Origin: an uncultured Lachnospiraceae bacterium
Lineage (GTDB): Bacteria; Bacillota; Clostridia; Lachnospirales; Lachnospiraceae
DNA: 64,000 nucleotides
Assembly (NCBI GenBank): GCA_902783385.1
Contig: CACZQP010000071.1
Coordinates: 2,311-66,310, forward strand
Direction: 5' to 3'
Part shown: piece after piece, positions 49,221-58,028 of the stretch
How positions within the stretch are numbered: position 1 is the first letter of the stretch
Layout of the letters: every line of letters starts with the position of its first letter
Made by a program: the position numbers and the translations under genes
The notes under the pieces: model-generated
Databases searched by the model: none
Seen by the model: the letters and a program-made list of their open reading frames with translations, nothing else
What the model was told of the DNA's origin: nothing

Positions 49221-50729
49221 TCAGAACATGGTTGCGTAGCTCATGACCTTCTCCTGGGTCATTTCGCTCTTGTCGCTGATTTCTCCCGTGAGCTTCCCGT
49301 CGCACATGACGCAGACGCGGTCCGCCATGCCGAGGAGTTCCGGCATTTCGGAGGAGATCATGATGATCGCCTTGCCCTGGCTCGCCAGATCCTCCATGAT
49401 CTCGTAGATCTCGTGCTTCGCGCCGACATCGATACCGCGCGTCGGCTCGTCCATGATCAGGATATCCGGATCGTTTGCCAGCCATCTGGCGACGATGACC
49501 TTCTGCTGGTTGCCGCCGGAAAGGTTCTGGATCAGCTCCATCATGCTCGGCGTCTTGATGCTGAGCTTATCGATGCTTTCATTCACGACCTTGTTGATCG
49601 CCGGATGATCCAGGACGAATCCCGAGCGGAGATATTTGTTATAGACGCTCAGGCCGACGTTGTCCTTGATGGACAGGCACCCGACAATGCCGCGTGCTCT
49701 TCGGTCCTCCGTGATCATGCCTATCCCGGCATTCATCGCGTCATGCGGCTTTTTGATCGTTACTTCTTTTCCTTTGATCCTGATCGTTCCCTTCGCGAGG
49801 TGACGGATGCCGAAGATGCCCTCCATCAGCTCCGTCCTCTGCGCACCGACCAGACCGCCGAAGCCGAGGATTTCTCCCCTGCGGAGCTTGAAGGAGACAT
49901 TCCTGAAGCTCCTCTCGTGGATCGAGGTAATATCCTCCGCCTCCAGGATGACCTCCCCGATCTGGTGGTGATGTTCCGGATAGACATTCGTGAGCTCCCG
50001 ACCGACCATCTTTGCGATGATCTCGTCCGTCGTCAGCTCCGCGGCCGACCATGTTCCGACGTAGGTGCCGTCCCGCATGATCTGTATATCATCGGCGATG
50101 CGCTTGATCTCGTCCATCTTATGAGAGATATAAATCATCGACACACCCCTGTCGCGCAGGTCGTTCATGACCTTGAAAAGGAAGTCCACTTCCTTGTCCG
50201 ACAGAGAGGATGTCGGCTCGTCGAAGATGATGATCTTTGCCTCGTGCGAAACCGCCTTCGCGATCTCGACCATCTGCATCTGACCGATGGAGAGCGTGCC
50301 GAGCAGCGCCTTCGGATCGTAGTCCAGTCCGAGCTCGCTCAGCCACCTCCTGGTTTCCTCATTCATTGTTTTGTGATCGATCACCTGGAGCGGTCCGTAC
50401 TTATGCACCGGGAAGCGTCCGAGGAACATATTCTCCGCAACGCTTCTGGCCGGTACCGGCTGCAGCTCCTGGTGCACCATGGCGATGCCCTTTGCCATGG
50501 CATCGTCGGGGTCCTTGATCTCGACCCTCTCTCCGTCAAGGAGGATCTCCCCCTCGTCCATCTTGTAGATGCCGAACAGGCATTTCATCAGAGTCGATTT
50601 TCCGGCGCCGTTCTCGCCCATCAGCGCGAGGACTGTTCCGGGACGGAGCTTTAATTCGACGCCGTCCAGCGCCTTGACGCCGGGGAAGGCCTTGCAAACG
50701 CCCCGCATCTCTAATTTGTACTCTGCCAT
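49221..50729 (-). CDS. mglA: Galactose ABC ATPase (two NBDs)
   Basis: GENGAGKSTLMKCLFGIY, LSGGNQQK, DEPTRGIDVGAK. Confidence 0.92.
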   Translation of the reverse strand: MAEYKLEMRGVCKAFPGVKALDGVELKLRPGTVLALMGENGAGKSTLMKCLFGIYKMDEGEILLDGERVEIKDPDDAMAKGIAMVHQELQPVPARSVAENMFLGRFPVHKYGPLQVIDHKTMNEETRRWLSELGLDYDPKALLGTLSIGQMQMVEIAKAVSHEAKIIIFDEPTSSLSDKEVDFLFKVMNDLRDRGVSMIYISHKMDEIKRIADDIQIMRDGTYVGTWSAAELTTDEIIAKMVGRELTNVYPEHHHQIGEVILEAEDITSIHERSFRNVSFKLRRGEILGFGGLVGAQRTELMEGIFGIRHLAKGTIRIKGKEVTIKKPHDAMNAGIGMITEDRRARGIVGCLSIKDNVGLSVYNKYLRSGFVLDHPAINKVVNESIDKLSIKTPSMMELIQNLSGGNQQKVIVARWLANDPDILIMDEPTRGIDVGAKHEIYEIMEDLASQGKAIIMISSEMPELLGMADRVCVMCDGKLTGEISDKSEMTQEKVMSYATMF

Positions 50730-50796
50730 ACTTCCCCCTACCTTACATCTGTTCTGTGCCGCCCGTAACTGCACCGGCGGCGGATCTTTCTGATAA

Positions 50797-50828
50797 ACAG
50801 TGCGGGTGCAAACTCACACCCGCACTGT
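50797..50828 (-). terminator. Stem-loop between mglB and mglA
   Basis: ACAGTGCGGGTG...CACCCGCACTGT, a 12-bp stem. Confidence 0.7.
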
Positions 50829-50876
50829 ATCAGCCATGAGGCTCAGATACACAGTCTGAAGTTGTGTGTGTCCGTA

Positions 50877-51956
50877 TTACTTCAGGGAATCAAGGATTGC
50901 CTGTGCGTTCTCGGACGTGACCTTGACATAGTCGCAGCCGATGTAGTGCTCGTTGCCGGCACCTGTGATGTAATTGACTGCCGCATCCGCTGCGCCGTGG
51001 GACTGCGCGATATGATCGTTGAACACGGTACCCGTCATCTCGCCGGAGATAACGAATTCGCAAGCCTCGGTCAGGGCATCAACGCCGACCAGGTAGATGT
51101 CCTCGCCGACCTTGCGGCCTGCTGCCTGGATCGCCTGCAGTGCGCCGAGTGCCATTGCATCGTTGTTGCAGAATACGACTTCCGTCTCAGGGTGTGCGCC
51201 CAGTGCGTTGGTGACAAGTCTCTCACCTTCGGACTGCTGCCACATACCGACCTGATCGTCGAGGCACGCAACCTCAAGACCCGCATCCGTCAGAGCCTTG
51301 ATAGAGAACTCTGTGCGATACTTCGCATCGACGTTCTCCGGATCGCCTTCGATCATGATGTAATCGACCTTGCCGTTGCCGTTGAAGTCAACCGCATCCA
51401 GGCCGAGGTCAACAATGATCTCGCCCTGCATCGTGCCGGACTGACGCGCATCGCAGCCAACATAGGTCACATCCCAGTTGTTGTCTGCCCATCTCTTCTC
51501 TTCATCTGCATCGGGCTCGCGGTTGATGTAGACCAGCGGAATGCCTGCTTCGAGGACCATATCCGTGATGGTCGCCGCAGAAGAGGAGTTGACGGGATTG
51601 ATGATCAGAACATCCACGCCCTGCGTGATGAAGTTCTGGATCTGGTTGGTCTGCGTCGCCTGGTCGTTTGCGCCATCCGTGATGGTGATGTTCTCCTTGG
51701 AGAAGCCGAGGCTGATCAGGTAGCTCTCCAGCTCGGTGCGGAACAGCGTCATGAAGTTGTCCGCGAACTGATAGATGCAGACGCCGACCTTCTTGTCAGC
51801 GAGAGACGCATCGCCGGAAGCCTCCGGTGCCGCCGCCTCAGCCGATGCTGCGGGTGCCGCAGCAGGAGCCGCCGGTGCCGCAGCAGGTGCAGCGCAGCCG
51901 GCCAGAGTGGATGCCGCAATTACTGTTGCGAGCAGAATGCCGAAAAACTTTTTCAT
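50877..51956 (-). CDS. mglB: Galactose ABC substrate-binding lipoprotein
   Basis: Lipobox LAGC, YQFADNFM, INREP, CNNDAMALGA, GTVFND. Confidence 0.9.
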   Translation of the reverse strand: MKKFFGILLATVIAASTLAGCAAPAAAPAAPAAAPAASAEAAAPEASGDASLADKKVGVCIYQFADNFMTLFRTELESYLISLGFSKENITITDGANDQATQTNQIQNFITQGVDVLIINPVNSSSAATITDMVLEAGIPLVYINREPDADEEKRWADNNWDVTYVGCDARQSGTMQGEIIVDLGLDAVDFNGNGKVDYIMIEGDPENVDAKYRTEFSIKALTDAGLEVACLDDQVGMWQQSEGERLVTNALGAHPETEVVFCNNDAMALGALQAIQAAGRKVGEDIYLVGVDALTEACEFVISGEMTGTVFNDHIAQSHGAADAAVNYITGAGNEHYIGCDYVKVTSENAQAILDSLK

Positions 51957-52146
51957 AAAACAATTCCCTCCTTTTTGTTCTCTTCCATACGAACCATTCG
52001 TATGTAAGTATATTTTATTACGTGTTATTTCTGCTGACTATTGGATTATTCATTTTAGACAAACTGCATAAGTATTTTATTTCAATTTTATGCAAAATGC
52101 CCTTTTGGCAGATGCCGGCCTGTCCATCCTGTGTCTGCGAAATACA

Positions 52147-52193
52147 GAAAAGCCCCGGCCTGTATCCACCTTTTCGGTGTGCGGGCCGGGGCT
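52147..52193 (-). terminator. Terminator of the dehydrogenase-FAH-SDR operon
   Basis: AGCCCCGGCC...GGCCGGGGCT, followed by TTTCTGTATTT on the minus strand. Confidence 0.75.
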
Positions 52194-52265
52194 CACTTCT
52201 TTATTTAGCCGTTCCGTTTTCTTATCAGCGGCGGAATGCTCCGCCGGATCAGATGCGCAGATCCA

Positions 52266-53060
52266 TTAATACGCCGTCGTCATCGCGCCGTCGCAGACGA
52301 TCGCCTGGCCGCTCATGCTGCCGTTGGCGGGGCTCAACAGGAACGCCGCCATGCGGCCGAACTCCTCGACGGTCTGATAGCGCTTCTGCGGGAAGCCCGC
52401 GCTGTCCTGCTTCGTGTACTCCTCCTCGGAGATGCCCATCTTCTCGGCGCGGATAGTGTTGAGGTACTTGATGCGCTCCGTGTAGATGCGGCCGGGGCCC
52501 ATCGTGTTGACGAGGACGCCGTAAGGGGCGAACTCGCGCGCCATGGACTTGGACATGCCGACGACGCCCATGCGGAACGTGTTGGAGATGATCAGGTTGT
52601 CCAGCGCCGCCTTGATGGAGGAGGATGTGCTGTTGAGGATCCTGCCTTCGCCCGCCTCCTTCATGTAGGGCAGTGCCGCGCGGATCGCGTGGATGTAGCT
52701 GTGAAGGCACTTCTCGTAGCCGTCCTCCCAGTCCTCTTCTGTCATCTGCTCAAAGGTTCCCGCCTTCGGGCCCGGGCACAGGTTGACCAGGCCGTAGATG
52801 CCGCCGAATTCCTTCGCGACCTTGCGGATCATGTTCTCGATCCCCTGGCCGTCCTTGATGTCGCAGAAGCGCATCTCCGGCTTGTTTCCTGTCTCTTTTT
52901 CGATATCGGCCTGCGCGGCCTCCAGGTCAGCCCTGTACGGCTCCGCCGTGCTGATGATGACCTTTGCGCCCTCTCTGGCCAGTTCCATTGCAATGCCTTT
53001 GCCGATGCCCGCTGCCGAAGAGAGGCAAACGATAACTTTTCCTTTTAATCCGAGATCCAT
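52266..53060 (-). CDS. SDR family oxidoreductase
   Basis: MDLGLKGK, SSAAGIG, atypical catalytic SNTFR in place of YxxxK, PGRIYTER. Confidence 0.88.
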   Translation of the reverse strand: MDLGLKGKVIVCLSSAAGIGKGIAMELAREGAKVIISTAEPYRADLEAAQADIEKETGNKPEMRFCDIKDGQGIENMIRKVAKEFGGIYGLVNLCPGPKAGTFEQMTEEDWEDGYEKCLHSYIHAIRAALPYMKEAGEGRILNSTSSSIKAALDNLIISNTFRMGVVGMSKSMAREFAPYGVLVNTMGPGRIYTERIKYLNTIRAEKMGISEEEYTKQDSAGFPQKRYQTVEEFGRMAAFLLSPANGSMSGQAIVCDGAMTTAY

Positions 53061-53109
53061 GATGTACTCCTTTCCAAATGTAGGTGAGCTGCAGTCAGAT
53101 GGCGCCGTC

Positions 53110-54033
53110 TCAGGCTTCCGGGTGCTTCTTCAGGTCGACAACGGGGTTCTTAAGCGGCTCCATGGAGAAGCCGTCGGGGCCGAAAATGCGGCACTCCGCG
53201 ACATCGCCGTCCGCAAGGCCGAACGCACGGGGCGTGCCGGTTGAGAGGACATCTCCCGGATACCAGCCCATGATGCTGCTGTGGAGAGAGACAAGACGCG
53301 GCGGCTGGTGCATCATGTTCGCCACGATATTCTTTGCATAGACCTCTCCGTTGTGAACGCTCTGGACCTCCAGCTGGAGGACATCCGGTACCTCATCGGG
53401 AGTGACGAAGTGCGGACCGAAGGAGAAGAAGGTCGGGAAATTCTTGACGATGCAGAGGTACCGCGGATTGCCCTTGAGGAAATCGTTGCCCTTCAGGATG
53501 GACTCCTCCGTCATGTCGAGGATCGTCGTGTAGCCGGCGACCGCATCCAGCCAGTTCTCCTCGGAGACGTCGCGGCACTCCTTGCCCATGATGACGCCGA
53601 GCTCCGCCTCTGCAGTCGTCTTCTGCGCCTCTTTCAGCGCCGGCAGATGAATCTCGTCCTCGGGACCGATCAGCGTGTCCGCCATCTTGAAAAAGCTCCC
53701 CGGGAAGCCCTCGGGTCTTGCGTTTCCGATATCGCCCGCATGGTCCGCGTAGTTCAGGCCGATGCCGAAGATCCTGCGGGGGTTCCTGTAAAGCGGCGCA
53801 TAGACGACTTCGTCATACGGAACCATGCCGGAGATCGTCTCGACCTCTTCCTTGCCGCCCTCGTTGTACCACTTTGTGAGATCTTTAAGCTCCTGCGCCT
53901 CGATCAGGTCGAACAGCTGCTCCTTCCAGGCCGTTCCCTTCGCGGCGTTCAGCGCGCGCAGCGGCAGGATGCCGCCCTTTGCGACGATGCCGGAGATCTC
54001 CTCATTCCCTAACTTGATAGTAGCCAGTCTCAT
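53110..54033 (-). CDS. Fumarylacetoacetate hydrolase family protein
   Basis: GIGLNYADH, FFK, EAELGV, GDVLSTGTP. Start MRLATIK after an AAGGAGG RBS. Confidence 0.9.
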   Translation of the reverse strand: MRLATIKLGNEEISGIVAKGGILPLRALNAAKGTAWKEQLFDLIEAQELKDLTKWYNEGGKEEVETISGMVPYDEVVYAPLYRNPRRIFGIGLNYADHAGDIGNARPEGFPGSFFKMADTLIGPEDEIHLPALKEAQKTTAEAELGVIMGKECRDVSEENWLDAVAGYTTILDMTEESILKGNDFLKGNPRYLCIVKNFPTFFSFGPHFVTPDEVPDVLQLEVQSVHNGEVYAKNIVANMMHQPPRLVSLHSSIMGWYPGDVLSTGTPRAFGLADGDVAECRIFGPDGFSMEPLKNPVVDLKKHPEA

Positions 54034-54139
54034 AACGTTGCCTCCTTCATTATTCCCTTGAGTTATTATTTTTTTCCTGACGATGCGAGTGCTTGCACGC
54101 ATCGGTGTCTTTCTGCCGTGCTGCTGTATCAAATTGTCC

Positions 54140-54273
54140 GCGGATCTGTGCCATGCGATTCGCGGGCTTTGCGAGCCGTCGTTACTTATAGCGGCGTACT
54201 TTGCCGCTTTATGTAACGCAACGAGCGAGCACAGAGACGCGAGTCGTCCCGCGGATGCATTGTACAGATCCGC
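54140..54273. repeat. ~134-nt long imperfect hairpin element (copy A)
   Basis: Outer stem 54140-54156/54257-54273. Apical CGTTAC-TTATA-GCGGC-GTACTTT-GCCGC-TTTAT-GTAACG. Homologous to 61188-61325. Confidence 0.8.
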
Positions 54274-54293
54274 AGCGCTTATGTTATCCGCGC

Positions 54294-55229
54294 TCAGCAG
54301 ATGCGTCCGTTGTACTCGCCGCCGTCGAGGCACGCAAGAATGTTGCTGCAGCCGATTTCGGAAACTCGCATCGCGGATTCCAGCGTCGTCGGCGCATAGT
54401 GCGGTGTGACGATCACGTTCTTCATCTTAAAGAGCTTGCTCTCGGGATCGACCGGCTCGGGGTCCGTGACGTCGAGGCCTGCTGCCGCCAGTCTGCCGTT
54501 TTCCAGCGCGTCGATCAGGGCAGGCTCGTCCACGATCGGGCCGCGTGCGCAGTTAATCAGGATTGCGGTCGGCTTCATCTGCCCGATCCGCTCCGCGTTC
54601 ATCATCTTCCTGGTCTCATCCGTCAGCATCGCATGGAGCGAAACGATGTCCGCCTCGCGCAGCATGCTGTCAAGATCCTCCACCAGAGTGACGCCCTCCG
54701 GCGCCTCCTTCACGTACGGATCATAAGCAAGGACCTTCATATCAAATCCGCCATAGCACATCTTCGCGAAGCGCTTTCCGATGTTGCCCAGACCGACGAT
54801 CCCTACGGTCTTTCCGGTAACCTCGACCCCTTCCTTGCTGTTCTTTGCCGCAAAGCCGATCTCCTTATATGCGTTCGAGACCGGAATCACGTTCTTTGCC
54901 AGCGTCATCATCAGCGCAAATGCATGCTCCGCAACGGACTGGCTGTTCGCATTCGGCGTCATCGTGACGACAATGCCGTGCTCCTTGCACCACTCGACCG
55001 GGATGTTGTCGAGGCCGACGCCGTGCTTGCTGACCATCTTCAGGTTCTTTGCCGTAGACAGCAGCTCCGGCGTCAGATCGATGATCCGGACAAAAACCGC
55101 ATCCGCATCTACGATTTCCCGCTTTATCACATCCATGTCGCGATCCGCATAGACGATTTCGTGACCTGCGTCAGTCAGCATCTTCGGACCGATCTCCTGT
55201 ACCTTTTCCGTAATCAGTATCTTTGCCAC
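54294..55229 (-). CDS. D-isomer-specific 2-hydroxyacid dehydrogenase (SerA-like, no ACT domain)
   Basis: HGVGLDNI, NSQSVAEH, GLGNIG, INCARG, LDV..PEP, TPH. Confidence 0.9.
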   Translation of the reverse strand: MAKILITEKVQEIGPKMLTDAGHEIVYADRDMDVIKREIVDADAVFVRIIDLTPELLSTAKNLKMVSKHGVGLDNIPVEWCKEHGIVVTMTPNANSQSVAEHAFALMMTLAKNVIPVSNAYKEIGFAAKNSKEGVEVTGKTVGIVGLGNIGKRFAKMCYGGFDMKVLAYDPYVKEAPEGVTLVEDLDSMLREADIVSLHAMLTDETRKMMNAERIGQMKPTAILINCARGPIVDEPALIDALENGRLAAAGLDVTDPEPVDPESKLFKMKNVIVTPHYAPTTLESAMRVSEIGCSNILACLDGGEYNGRIC

Positions 55230-55331
55230 CTCTGTTCCTCCTGTCTTTTATAAGCTTGGAGATTTCCTGTGTTAGCTGTATGCTATCATCTTATGCATCG
55301 CCCTGTAAAAGACTTCCTGCCATATGGTGCC

Positions 55332-55347
55332 ATAGGCGTTTGCCTAT
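55332..55347. promoter_or_regulatory. Candidate LysR binding palindrome
   Basis: ATAGGC-GTTT-GCCTAT between the divergent lysR and dehydrogenase genes. It is one base longer than the classic T-N11-A. Confidence 0.5.
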
Positions 55348-55512
55348 AGTCAGAAAGTGCTTTCTTTCTGCATCACGGGCCGCATCCGGCGCAATACGAC
55401 GTCATTTTTCGCATTTTTACCCGGATCCGGAGCTCTTCTCCCGCTCCCGTACTCCCTTCACACCATATATACATTATGCTATGATAAATGAATTCATTTA
55501 CAGGAGGCAGTC

Positions 55513-56463
55513 ATGATCACAAACCGGAACCCGGAATACTTCCTGACCGTCGCGCGCGAGGGAAACATCTCGCACGCCGCACAGAAGCTGTATATCTCGC
55601 AGCCTTCTCTCTCCCAGCATATCGCAAAGCTGGAGGAGTCGCTCGGCGCAAAGCTTTTTGACCGCTCAAAAACGCCGCTTTCGCTCACTCCCGCCGGCGA
55701 GCTCTACCGGAATTACCTGGAGAGCAGCGACTTCCTTTACCGGAAATTTGAGGCCGATCTGTCGGGGCTGCACACGCAGAGTGCTCTCAATGTCAACATC
55801 GGCTTCGGTTCCTGGCGCGGTTCCATCCTGCTGCCGGACATCCTCCCGGAATTTTTAGGGCTCCATCCGCAGGCACAGGTCTTTCTCCATGAATATCCCG
55901 TGAACGAGCTTGCCCCCCTCGTGCGCGCAGGCGATGTGGATTTTGCGGTCATGAATACCGTACCGGGATCTGTCTATGACGATCTGGTCCTCGAGACGAT
56001 CGTCTATGAGCGCATCCTTCTCGTCATGAACCGTCGTGACAAGGCGGCACAGCAGTTCATCTGGGCGCGCGACGCCGGAGAGCCCCTCCCCCTGAAGGAT
56101 CTGGCGGGCCGCAGGCTCATCACACTGAGCCGGTCGCTCTCCGTCGGGCGACTGGTCGAAAACTATCTGGAAAAAAACAGAATCCCCGTATCCAACCGCA
56201 TCAGCGCCACCAACAACACGACAGTCTTAAAGCTCGTCGCCGCCGGCATGGGCTTTTGCTTTTTGGTTGAAACGGGGCTTGTCGACGCAAAGCGCTATCC
56301 GAATCTGATTTTCTTTGACATGCGGTCGGAGGATCTGATGCTTCCTCTCTCCCTTTGCTACCGCAAGGGTACCTACCTCTCGCCCGCCGCACAGGATATG
56401 ATCCGTGTGATCTTCTCCCACAGCAGGCAGGTCGTGGAAAACAACAGGCGCCTTCTCGTCTGA
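55513..56463 (+). CDS. LysR family transcriptional regulator
   Basis: YFLTVAREGNISHAAQKLYISQPSLSQHIAKLE..LFDR..LTPAGE. Confidence 0.95.
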   Translation: MITNRNPEYFLTVAREGNISHAAQKLYISQPSLSQHIAKLEESLGAKLFDRSKTPLSLTPAGELYRNYLESSDFLYRKFEADLSGLHTQSALNVNIGFGSWRGSILLPDILPEFLGLHPQAQVFLHEYPVNELAPLVRAGDVDFAVMNTVPGSVYDDLVLETIVYERILLVMNRRDKAAQQFIWARDAGEPLPLKDLAGRRLITLSRSLSVGRLVENYLEKNRIPVSNRISATNNTTVLKLVAAGMGFCFLVETGLVDAKRYPNLIFFDMRSEDLMLPLSLCYRKGTYLSPAAQDMIRVIFSHSRQVVENNRRLLV

Positions 56464-56505
56464 AGAAGGCGCCTTATTTTAAGAGTCATATTCCGATCCG
56501 CCGTC

Positions 56506-57948
56506 CTACAGCGAATCGAATTCCTGTGAGACCTGCCCTTCATGCAGGTCGTCGGACGGTCTGTATTCCTTGCTGATCTGCTCGATCCGGAAGCTGTTTT
56601 TCCCGGACTCTTTTGCTTCATACAGCGCGCCGTCCGCCACATGGACGTAGTTGCTGAGCTTCTGGTGCGGCGTCGGGACTCCCACGCTGTAGCCCTGGGA
56701 GAGCGTGACCTTCTCCGCGACATCCGAGAACTCGTGGGGCATATCCGCAGCCTGTACGCGCTCCCTGAGTTCCCCGGCGAGCATCTCAACCTCTTTCTCG
56801 CTCCGGCCTTCGCAGACAAGAATAAACTCGTCGCCGCCGAACCGGGCGCACTTCACGCCGCTTTGCTTCTCCATCTCCTTCAGGATCTCCGCGATCCGGA
56901 TGATGCATTTGTCTCCGGCGATATGGCCGTAGTGGTCGTTGTAGGGCTTAAAGAAGTCGATATCCATGATACCGATTGCAATCGGCTTCTGCTCCCTGTA
57001 GCAGCGCTCAAACGCTTCTTCCGCGCAGCGGTTGAGTCCGAACCGGTTCATCAGGCCGGTCAGCTGGTCCGTCTCCGACTTCACACGGAGCATCTCATTT
57101 TCGCGGAGCGAGTCCGTCATGCGGTTGATCCCCGTGACCAGCGTCGCGAGCTCATCTTTGGATTTTGTTTCCAGAGCCGTATCCGGGATCTTGCCTTCCT
57201 CGATCTCCTTAAGGTATGCGGTCATCTCGCCGATCGATCCGGTCCAGCGGTTGATGAAGAAAAGAAGCACCGCGATCGCAGCCACAACCAACGCGATGAT
57301 GGATGCAATCATGATCCGCATCACTTCTCTGACCTGTGCCCGGAGCTCCGAGATATTGCGGCCGACGACGATTGCGCCGACGACATTCCCGTCGGCATCC
57401 TTTAGCGTGTTGTACCGGCAGTAGATCATGCCGCCCGCCACGTTGGCCTCACCCCCGTAGGTGTCCTCTGCATCCAGGATGTCCGCCACCTGGACGTCCA
57501 TGTAAGTCCCGACGATGGAGTCGCCGTTCGGATCACGCGTGGAACCCGCCACACGCAGATAGTGACCTTCCCAGTAGCCTTTGGTCGTCGGCGTGTCCTC
57601 GACATGGCCCAGCCCTTCATCCCCGCATTTGATGAATACATAGGAAAAAGTGCCGGTCTTTTCCTCATGCTCAAGAAAAGGCGCAAGGTTGGCCTTTTCG
57701 TGCGTGCCGTCTCCGACCAGCGTGTCGCCGAGATAAATGGCACCGCCCTTTACGTTCCATTCCCCGTCGCCGATCAGGTCCTCTATATACTTAATGTCTG
57801 CATGAAGCCGGCTTGCGATCAGCGTCTCTTCCATACGCGTGATCATGCTGAAGGTAATGATATAGACCATCGTGATCAGGGCCAGTCCGAAAATAAGGAA
57901 GAGGACCGTGATCTTAAACCGTATACTCTGCCATCTTGATGATTTCAT
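56506..57948 (-). CDS. Membrane diguanylate cyclase (TM-Cache-TM-HAMP-GGDEF)
   Basis: TDQLTGLMNR, DIDFFKPYNDHYGH, ARFGGDEF, and a HAMP segment (SKDEL..L..GINRM). Confidence 0.9.
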   Translation of the reverse strand: MKSSRWQSIRFKITVLFLIFGLALITMVYIITFSMITRMEETLIASRLHADIKYIEDLIGDGEWNVKGGAIYLGDTLVGDGTHEKANLAPFLEHEEKTGTFSYVFIKCGDEGLGHVEDTPTTKGYWEGHYLRVAGSTRDPNGDSIVGTYMDVQVADILDAEDTYGGEANVAGGMIYCRYNTLKDADGNVVGAIVVGRNISELRAQVREVMRIMIASIIALVVAAIAVLLFFINRWTGSIGEMTAYLKEIEEGKIPDTALETKSKDELATLVTGINRMTDSLRENEMLRVKSETDQLTGLMNRFGLNRCAEEAFERCYREQKPIAIGIMDIDFFKPYNDHYGHIAGDKCIIRIAEILKEMEKQSGVKCARFGGDEFILVCEGRSEKEVEMLAGELRERVQAADMPHEFSDVAEKVTLSQGYSVGVPTPHQKLSNYVHVADGALYEAKESGKNSFRIEQISKEYRPSDDLHEGQVSQEFDSL

Positions 57949-58028
57949 ATAAAATATGATATTGGAACGGCGCGCTGATGACAAGCAAATCTTTTTGTTA
58001 TAAGATTTTTCAGGGAGGATACGAGCCT

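Noticed and set aside
54034-54333. N-terminal extension of the FAH ORF (407 aa call)
   Set aside because: It runs through the hairpin element. A strong RBS precedes ATG 54033.
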